Shown piece by piece: positions 19,598-25,906 of a DNA stretch of 35,453 nt (position 1 is the stretch's first letter; each line of letters begins with the position of its first letter). Below the pieces are notes generated by a model that was not told where the DNA came from, ran no database searches, and saw only the letters and a list, made by a program, of their open reading frames with translations. The DNA lies in the NCBI GenBank assembly GCA_043799675.1, contig JAZDNN010000026.1, positions 1 through 35,453 on the forward strand, in the 5' to 3' direction. The translations under genes were made by a program, and so were the position numbers. This DNA comes from Candidatus Aenigmatarchaeota archaeon. GTDB lineage: Archaea > Aenigmatarchaeota > Aenigmatarchaeia > Aenigmatarchaeales > JACQIB01.

Positions 19598-20152
19598 ATG
19601 AGATTGACTAAGGTGAAGGACGGCGAAGCGAAAAGAGCGGCCTACATAGGAGTCGCACGGATGGACCAGATGATAGGACAGAAGGACGTATACATCATCA
19701 AGCACACGCAGCTGATTGACGACTATGTCAACCAAGGTCTTACCGAGGAAGCCAAGCCGCTTGCGGAAACCATCGCGAAGGCGGAACTGGACAAGAAGAG
19801 ATTGTTCAGGAAGAGGATGGTTTACCATAGGGCATTGGCAAACATGGAGATAGGTGCAAGCGACGTCGGACTGAAGGAAGTGGACAGCACCATCGGAGAT
19901 TACCTCAAGCAACGGGGCGATGTGACCATAGCACAGGAGAGGTTCGGAGAGGTCGTGGACGGTCTTGGCGTGCGCGAGGAGTCGGAAGGGCTGAATGACG
20001 GAGTGCTTGACGGGATGCAAGGGCAGCAAGGCGTCTACAGCGACAGGGCAAACGCAATACTGCAGGCATCGGTCGCGAGAGTAGGCCAGCGCAAGGCAAG
20101 GGCCGAGCAGCTCCGGGAAGAGGCAGCGATACCGGCAAAGGAGGCAGTTTGA
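19598..20152 (+). CDS. ESCRT-III/CdvB (Snf7/PspA superfamily)-like helical protein
   Basis: Strong RBS GGAGGTG. 184 aa, all helical, with a long helix-G-turn-helix (YVNQGLTEEAKPLAETIAKAELDKKRL), a basic N-half and an acidic C-half; sits upstream of the MIT-AAA gene. Confidence 0.55.
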   Translation: MRLTKVKDGEAKRAAYIGVARMDQMIGQKDVYIIKHTQLIDDYVNQGLTEEAKPLAETIAKAELDKKRLFRKRMVYHRALANMEIGASDVGLKEVDSTIGDYLKQRGDVTIAQERFGEVVDGLGVREESEGLNDGVLDGMQGQQGVYSDRANAILQASVARVGQRKARAEQLREEAAIPAKEAV

Positions 20153-20153
20153 A

Positions 20154-20176
20154 AATCCCATTTATTTTTTTGGGAT
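20154..20176 (+). terminator. Hairpin with T-rich loop, possible terminator or processing site
   Basis: AATCCCA-TTTATTTTT-TGGGATT directly after the stop codon. Confidence 0.35.
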
Positions 20177-20201
20177 TACCATTCGAAAAAAAGGTGAGAA
20201 T

Positions 20202-20531
20202 ATGGAAGAAAAAAGGAAAGGACTGAAAACGGCAAAGATTGCAAGGCTGGAGAAGATAGCCCGCAGAATATACAGTTGCGGCGACCAGATTCCTGTTGAA
20301 GGGGTCAGCAAGGAGAGGTTCGAAGATGCATACGATTACACCCTGAGAATCGGCAGGGCGGCACAGAGGCTGAAATACTGGTCACCGCAGATGATCAACA
20401 TTCGGGGATACAAGGAAATTTTTGCCGTGCACAAACAGGCAGCAACGGAAATCGAGAAAAGAAGTATCGAGGGACTTGAAAAGAACGGTTCCTATGCCGC
20501 GTTCTTCGGGGGGATGGACAATGCTCAGTGA
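20202..20531 (+). CDS. Small basic helical hypothetical protein
   Basis: RBS AGGTGA; overlaps the next gene. Confidence 0.7.
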   Translation: MEEKRKGLKTAKIARLEKIARRIYSCGDQIPVEGVSKERFEDAYDYTLRIGRAAQRLKYWSPQMINIRGYKEIFAVHKQAATEIEKRSIEGLEKNGSYAAFFGGMDNAQ

Positions 20532-20829
20532 AAACAGGCCTATCAGAAGGTACACGGACAGGTTGGCAGCCGAAGCGCCGTATGCATTGAGGGTGCTGTA
20601 TGCCAGAAGGTCGGAGCTGGAGTGCAAACTGGGCATCGTATCAGGCCTGCGGGAGAAGGCCCAGGGCGAGGTGGATGAACTCACCATGACCGGCAGGGCC
20701 GAGCAGGCGGCACCGGCCGTGCTGCGGGTCCAGGAAACGAGGAGACTGGAGGAGTACTGGAGCGACTGCCTGAGAAGGTGCGGAATGACGATTGCGAGGC
20801 TGGAAAGCTATAGGAAGGAGATGATTTAA
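20521..20829 (+). CDS. Short ESCRT-III/PspA-like helical hairpin protein (102 aa)
   Basis: ATG 20521. LYARRSELECKL..LREKAQGEVDELTMTGRAEQAAPAVLRVQETRRLEE..IARLE forms a heptad hairpin with a G-x-x-E-x-A turn; its TAA overlaps the ATG of the AAA gene. Confidence 0.5.
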   Translation: MLSENRPIRRYTDRLAAEAPYALRVLYARRSELECKLGIVSGLREKAQGEVDELTMTGRAEQAAPAVLRVQETRRLEEYWSDCLRRCGMTIARLESYRKEMI

Positions 20830-22040
20830 TGAGCTATCAGGATGCGATGAGGGTCGCAAAAGTTTATGGAAAGAACGCGGAAGACAGGGAGAACACGGAT
20901 CCGCAGGAAGCTGTGGTGATGTACAAGAAAGCACTGGGCTATTGCGGGGATGCCATAGGAAAATGCACCAACAAGGAAGACGAGAGACTGATAGAGGACC
21001 AGATTGACACCTACAGGACCAGAATAAAGCAGCTTACTACGCCGCCGAAGAAAGAAAGTTACAGTCCAAGGGGTCCGAGCGGCGGAGGGGGAAGCGGCGG
21101 CACATACCGGCAGCGGAACGACGACGACACCAGGCCGAAGGATACATTCGAACTTACCCAGCCAAGGACCACGTTCGCGGACGTGGCGGGCATGGACGGG
21201 CTGAAGAAAGACATGGAAAGGGCGATAATATGGCCGCTGATGTACCCCAAGCGGTATGAGGAGCTTGTCGGAAAATCGGCGAAAGGCATCCTTCTGTACG
21301 GTCCGCCCGGATGCGGAAAGACTTATATAGCGGAATCGGTGGCGGGCGAGGCAACCAAGCGTGCGGGAAAGAAGGTCTCCTACCTGTATGTCAGGTCCAG
21401 CGACATATTGAACAGTTGGGTCGGGAACAGCGAGAAGAACATGAAGGTGGCATTCGAAACGGTGGCGAAAAACGAACCGTCGATATTCTTCTTCGACGAG
21501 CTGGAGGGAATGGGCGGTGCGCGCAGGGGGCATTCCGTATACGCGGACAGGCTGGTCAGCGAGTTCCTGGCCGATTTCCGGATGATAGCGGACAAGAACG
21601 TTCTGGTGATAGGGGCGACGAACACGCCATGGGAAGTGGACTCGGCGCTGATAAGGTCCGGCAGGATAGGCCGGAAAATCCTCATCGGCCCGCCTGATTA
21701 TCAGTCCAGGGTCGCGATATACAAGATACACACAAAAGGCAGGAAGCTCGCGCCGAACGTGGACTTCGATGAACTGGGCAAGCTCACCCAGGATTACACT
21801 TCATCGGACATAGCGCAGGTATGCAAGGTGGCCGGAGAGGTGACGCTGGATGAGGCCATAACCAATCCCGACAGGTGCATCGAGCAGAAAGATTTCGTCC
21901 TTGCGATATCCAAGAACCGGAGTTCGCTCTACCAGTGGTGCGCGGAGGCGAAGAGAGGGCTCCGTAATTCCGGCATGATGGACGAATATCAGGACCTGTT
22001 AAACATGATTGACGAGACGGAATCGAGGCGGGCGAAGTGA
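20829..22040 (+). CDS. MIT-domain AAA ATPase (Vps4/CdvC-like)
   Basis: N-terminal three-helix MIT pattern (A..A...E....EAV.MYKKAL....I..YR.RI.QL) and a Gly/Pro linker, then FADVAGM, GILLYGPPGCGKT, pore loop SWVG.SEK, Walker B FFDELE, GATNTPW and LIRSGR. Confidence 0.85.
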   Translation: MSYQDAMRVAKVYGKNAEDRENTDPQEAVVMYKKALGYCGDAIGKCTNKEDERLIEDQIDTYRTRIKQLTTPPKKESYSPRGPSGGGGSGGTYRQRNDDDTRPKDTFELTQPRTTFADVAGMDGLKKDMERAIIWPLMYPKRYEELVGKSAKGILLYGPPGCGKTYIAESVAGEATKRAGKKVSYLYVRSSDILNSWVGNSEKNMKVAFETVAKNEPSIFFFDELEGMGGARRGHSVYADRLVSEFLADFRMIADKNVLVIGATNTPWEVDSALIRSGRIGRKILIGPPDYQSRVAIYKIHTKGRKLAPNVDFDELGKLTQDYTSSDIAQVCKVAGEVTLDEAITNPDRCIEQKDFVLAISKNRSSLYQWCAEAKRGLRNSGMMDEYQDLLNMIDETESRRAK

Positions 22041-22858
22041 GTTATCAGGATTCATTGATGGTCGCGAAGGTCTATGCACGAAAAGCGGAAGAAAAAGAGA
22101 ATAATGATCCTATCGAGGCCGTGACGATGTACAAGCAGGCCCTGATTTTCTGCGCGGAGGCCATAGAGGTTTGTAGCAGCAAGGTAGGCGAGTCCATGGT
22201 AGAATACCAGATTGGCATCTACAGGAACAGGATAACGCAACTGCAAACGCTGCAGAAGAGGAAAATCGCTGCACCGGTACGGGAGGTTCCTGACAGTGGG
22301 ATGGTGGAAGAAAGGCGACCGAAGGATCCGCCTTACCGGCCAAAAAAGGTGGATGCAATCGATACGGCGCCGCAGGAACTGATGAACCCGCCCGAGATAG
22401 AGGCAAGGGTTCATTATCTTATCAACGAGCAAAGGGAAGAGAACGGTCTGGACCCGTTGGGCTACGACAACGCCCTGGCATCCATCGCAAGGGCGCATAG
22501 CAGGGACATGGCGCGGAGGAATTTCTTCGCCCATGAAAATCCCGACGGTCTCAGCCCTTCAGACAGGGCGGACAGGGCCGGATACAAATCTTTCAAGGAC
22601 CACGGCACATACACTACCAACGGGATAGCGGAGAACATCCTGCAGACCAATCTCGCCACGTCCGTCACCCACATTAACGGCGTCCCCACCAGCTACAACT
22701 GGAGAACCATGGATAGGCTCGTCGAATCGGCGGTCGATGGATGGATGAACAGTCCGGGGCACCGCAAGAACATCCTTACCGCGACCTATGAGAAGGAAGG
22801 CATAGGCGTCGTGATAGGCCCGGAAAACAAGGTGTACATGACGGAGGATTTTTGCTAG
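22037..22858 (+). CDS. MIT domain fused to CAP/SCP domain
   Basis: First ~70 aa are paralogous to the MIT of the upstream ATPase. CAP motifs LINEQREENGL, ARAHSRDMARRNFFAH, AENI, WMNSPGHRKNIL, GIGV, TEDF. GTGA overlap with the upstream stop. Confidence 0.9.
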   Translation: MSYQDSLMVAKVYARKAEEKENNDPIEAVTMYKQALIFCAEAIEVCSSKVGESMVEYQIGIYRNRITQLQTLQKRKIAAPVREVPDSGMVEERRPKDPPYRPKKVDAIDTAPQELMNPPEIEARVHYLINEQREENGLDPLGYDNALASIARAHSRDMARRNFFAHENPDGLSPSDRADRAGYKSFKDHGTYTTNGIAENILQTNLATSVTHINGVPTSYNWRTMDRLVESAVDGWMNSPGHRKNILTATYEKEGIGVVIGPENKVYMTEDFC

Positions 22859-22871
22859 GTTGTTGATTGGC

Positions 22872-23702
22872 ATGCCGGAAATGAAAAAAAGTCTTGTGGA
22901 GCAGCTTTACAGGGAATTCACGGAAGGAAATACTCGGGGAATCCTGCTATACGGACCGCCTGGATGCGGTAAGACATACGCTGCCAAATCACTGGCGGAA
23001 TACACGAGCGAAAGGACGGGACAGAAGGTTTCGCTTCTTTGTGCTTACATGAGTAACATATTTTGTCAAGGGCCGATAAGAACTGCCAGAAATATACGGA
23101 AGTTCTTCAATGATGCATCCAAAAGGTCTCCTTCGGTGTTATACGTCGATGAATTTGACGGACTGGGCGGGGCGCGGAGGGGACGTTCGGTGTATGCGGA
23201 TACTGTGACGAATGAGTTCCTGGCTGATTTCGACACAATCAAGGACAAGGACGTGATTGTGATCGGGGCCACGACTAGCCCGTGGGATGTCGATCCATCG
23301 TTCATGGGACCAGACAAAATCGGCAGGAAAATACTGGTAGGCACCCCGGATTTGGATACGAAGGCCGCATATTTTGAAGAGTGCTTTAAACGCAGAAAAT
23401 TGGCAGCAGATGTTGATTTCAACAGACTGGCCAAGATTACGGAAAACTATTCTTTCAGTGATATCAATTCAGTGAGTGAACACGCTGGTAGTATTGCATT
23501 TCATGCTAGCATGGCAATCAAAAATCCTGATAGGGGAATAAAACAAAAGGATATATTGAAGGCCGTTTCCAGCATCGACCCTGAAATTTACATGTGGTGC
23601 TGTGAAGCAAAACGGGCCCTTCGCAACCCCGAAAATACGAAGGATTTCCCTGACATAGCAAGACTTGTCGATAAAACAAGTTCCGGGAGGCCAAAGAAAT
23701 GA
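22872..23702 (+). CDS. MIT-less AAA ATPase paralog with degenerate pore loop and Arg fingers
   Basis: GILLYGPPGCGKT, YVDEFD and GGARRGRSVYAD are shared with the upstream ATPase; SWVG is replaced by CQGP, ATN by ATT, and LIRSGR by FMGPDK. Confidence 0.85.
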   Translation: MPEMKKSLVEQLYREFTEGNTRGILLYGPPGCGKTYAAKSLAEYTSERTGQKVSLLCAYMSNIFCQGPIRTARNIRKFFNDASKRSPSVLYVDEFDGLGGARRGRSVYADTVTNEFLADFDTIKDKDVIVIGATTSPWDVDPSFMGPDKIGRKILVGTPDLDTKAAYFEECFKRRKLAADVDFNRLAKITENYSFSDINSVSEHAGSIAFHASMAIKNPDRGIKQKDILKAVSSIDPEIYMWCCEAKRALRNPENTKDFPDIARLVDKTSSGRPKK

Positions 23703-24463
23703 ACAACCAGCTCGAGGCCATCAGGGACGACGTCCTAGGAAGTAAGTTCGTAAAGGCGTACTTTGAGCAGCCGGTGATAGGCAAACTTTACGATGTGAAA
23801 ATGAGCAACGAGGGCGACAAATATTCCATACAGAAGACGGAGGTGAACTTCCCGTCGTTCAATAATCTGGAGGAGCAGGAGAGGCTTGCCAGATGGAGGA
23901 AGCTCACGGCGGAGAACCTTCTGGGGGATTTCTATCATACGCAATGCGGCAAGAGCATAAACGACGTCCTTCTTCCGAAAGTGCACAAAGCGTGGAAGAG
24001 ATTCCAGGAAACGCCCTATATCGAGGAGGCGGACAAGGTGTTCAGAAAGATACTTTCGGATGAGCTTGGCGAATCCAGGAGATACCTGAGCAAGGGGCAC
24101 GAACTTGCGTCCGAATGGAGCAAGCTCAAAAACGTCGTGTCAAACGGCACCATAGACGCCCAGACAGCCCGGATTTCCGCGGACCAAAAAGCCGAGAACT
24201 GGTGCAGCAGGATTGAGACCGAGAGAGGACACGCCCTTGCATACATCTTTGCATCCAGCCGACCCGATGCCGCATGGTCACGGGCACGGGACATGGTGGT
24301 GATGTACGCCGGTGCAAAGGGCCACGACATGAGCCCGTTCCTGGAAGTGTGGCATGCCTACCCGCCGGCTGAAGCCATAAAACGGATAAGCGACTTCAGG
24401 CTGGTACCTCAACCCAAGGACCCCGAAGAAGAGCACAATCCGACGCAGAATTACATATGGTGA
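23699..24463 (+). CDS. Hypothetical helical protein, last gene of the cluster
   Basis: ATGA overlap with the previous stop; 254 aa ORF. Confidence 0.75.
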   Translation: MNNQLEAIRDDVLGSKFVKAYFEQPVIGKLYDVKMSNEGDKYSIQKTEVNFPSFNNLEEQERLARWRKLTAENLLGDFYHTQCGKSINDVLLPKVHKAWKRFQETPYIEEADKVFRKILSDELGESRRYLSKGHELASEWSKLKNVVSNGTIDAQTARISADQKAENWCSRIETERGHALAYIFASSRPDAAWSRARDMVVMYAGAKGHDMSPFLEVWHAYPPAEAIKRISDFRLVPQPKDPEEEHNPTQNYIW

Positions 24464-24578
24464 AATTCATGCAAAATCACAACGAAAACAGCGACATCAT
24501 CGCCCTGTTCATAGCGAAGCGGACCAGGGGCAACATCGACGTCCCGCTGGCCTTCAGGACGGAAGCCTAAGAACTATT

Positions 24579-24744
24579 TGGCGCCCGAGACAGGATTCTC
24601 ACAGCACTGCCGCGCTGGCGGCAAAAGCGCTTTTGGCGCTTCGCGCTCATTCGAACCTGCGGCCTACTGAAGCTAAGCCATGACGACCTTCGGTCGTCGA
24701 CAGCCTGTTAACAGCCAGTCGCTCTTCCGCTGAGCTACTCGGGC
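24579..24744 (-). tRNA. tRNA-Asn(GUU) with two introns (24670-24706 at 39/40; 24596-24649 at 59/60) and encoded CCA
   Basis: Removing both introns gives a 75-nt cloverleaf GCCCGAG TA GCTC AGCGGAA GAGC G ACTGG CTGTTAA CCAGT AGGCC GCAGG TTCGAAT CCTGT CTCGGGC GCCA. Both junctions form BHB-type motifs; CTTATTAAG TATA-like element about 25 nt upstream. Confidence 0.93.
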
Positions 24745-24800
24745 AATGCCTGTTGATTGCTGCTCTTAATAAGTTTGTTTGCTAAGTGGGACCGAATCCT

Positions 24801-25238
24801 TCAGGAACGTATCCTGCGCTGCTCCGGTTCCTCGTCCTCGCGGTCTTCCATGCGCCTTTCCGGTTCCTCTTCGCGGTATTCGCCGCTCCTTCCAGGCTCC
24901 CTTTTTTGCGGGACGGAACGGGCAGTCTCCCTGACCGGCGTCGGATTCCTTATCCTGTTTGCCACGTATTGCTTGACGGCCCTGTCAGCCAGAATATTCA
25001 ACGTCTCATCGTCCGATTCCTTCAGGACCTCAATCATGTCCTTGCAGCCCTTGGATTCACCATGTCTCACCGGTGCGGCGCCTATCGGTCTTATCCTGTC
25101 GTAGATGAACATTTCAACGGACCACTTGACGTCATCAAGGTTAGCCATCAGATTCCTGTAAATGTTCGGTTCCCGGGCATAGTTGTTGATGGCCAGCAGC
25201 ACCGGTTTGTTCAAAAGTCCCCTGAGTTCCTCGCTCAT
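24801..25238 (-). CDS. Hypothetical protein with charged disordered C-tail
   Basis: ATG 25238; helical N-part and an Arg/Glu-rich tail. Confidence 0.65.
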   Translation of the reverse strand: MSEELRGLLNKPVLLAINNYAREPNIYRNLMANLDDVKWSVEMFIYDRIRPIGAAPVRHGESKGCKDMIEVLKESDDETLNILADRAVKQYVANRIRNPTPVRETARSVPQKREPGRSGEYREEEPERRMEDREDEEPEQRRIRS

Positions 25239-25412
25239 GCTTATCCGTTCAGTTGTAACATAGAAAATCATTTAAACGCGATGAACCGGCGGCATTTACA
25301 GCGGCAAAAAGCCTGAAACAATCCTTGAAATATAGTTTGTAAAATAGGTTTTACGACTGCAAAATGACCTTTAAGGCACGACTCCAATGATTGGTATACG
25401 CGTTTGGACCAC

Positions 25413-25534
25413 GTTCACAACCCTTGGCGGGGCCGTGAACCTGAACTTTTCCGTTGGCGCGGACAAGTTCAAAATTGGACCGTTTCCCTTGACCAGTGTT
25501 AGTTATCAACATCAGATTGGCGTCCGAATGTTGA
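25413..25534 (-). ncRNA. Putative structured RNA: three hairpins with identical CGCCAA loops
   Basis: Hairpins at 25413-25440, 25442-25471 and 25506-25534 have different stems and the same loop; plus-strand A-C mismatches become G-U pairs on the minus strand. Confidence 0.5.
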
Positions 25535-25604
25535 CTCGTTCTATGGATGGTTAGTCGAACTGCCTTAAAAAGCATTTCGATTGGCCAACATACACATCAA
25601 ACAG

Positions 25605-25906
25605 CATCAAATGAGCAGCCTCGGGCTGCCAAGAGAAATCTTGGCACCTTCGGTGCACATGCGATGAACTCAAAATCATGCAAAATCACAGCAAATTAAC
25701 CCGCTGAGGTCTCACGGCCAATGAAGCGGGATTCATATTTGCTACTCCGCGTGCAGAAGCACGCACTGCCCTCTGCAAACTCGTAGCATAACCGCCTCGA
25801 GCGGTCAAAAGCTACACTTAAAACGCGTGCTTCGGCACGCACTGCTTACAGCGCGCCTGAACAAAAAATCGGGCGTGTCAAAACTAGGAGGATTGCACAT
25901 GCAATC
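25605..25906 (+). promoter_or_regulatory. Highly structured ftsZ 5' leader or ncRNA, including a K-turn at 25700-25730
   Basis: Four-way junction 25615-25656, K-turn, GAAA and UUCG tetraloops, duplicated hairpin module, G-U-rich stem 25851-25878, and a hairpin over the start codon. Confidence 0.6.

Noticed and set aside
20829..22040. Assigning the symbol cdvC, vps4 or cdc48
   Set aside because: A single AAA domain with MIT excludes Cdc48, but orthology to CdvC or Vps4 needs a phylogeny.
5162..24578. Integrated element or provirus at the 3' end of tRNA-Asn
   Set aside because: No integrase, transposase or viral hallmark gene, and I saw no second copy of the tRNA 3' end (att) in the window.
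25827..25898. N-terminal extensions in the ORF track (ftsZ 25827, asnS 3337, MBL 5048, 13436, 20422)
   Set aside because: Downstream ATGs with RBS or stop-start overlaps fit the family N-termini better.
25391..25906. CRISPR array, T-box, hammerhead ribozyme, SRP or RNase P RNA
   Set aside because: No equal-length repeats or spacers. CTGAGG...GAAG lacks the hammerhead CUGAnGA/GAAA core and fits a K-turn. The TGGCG loops are better supported on the opposite strand. No SRP or RNase P conserved motifs were seen.
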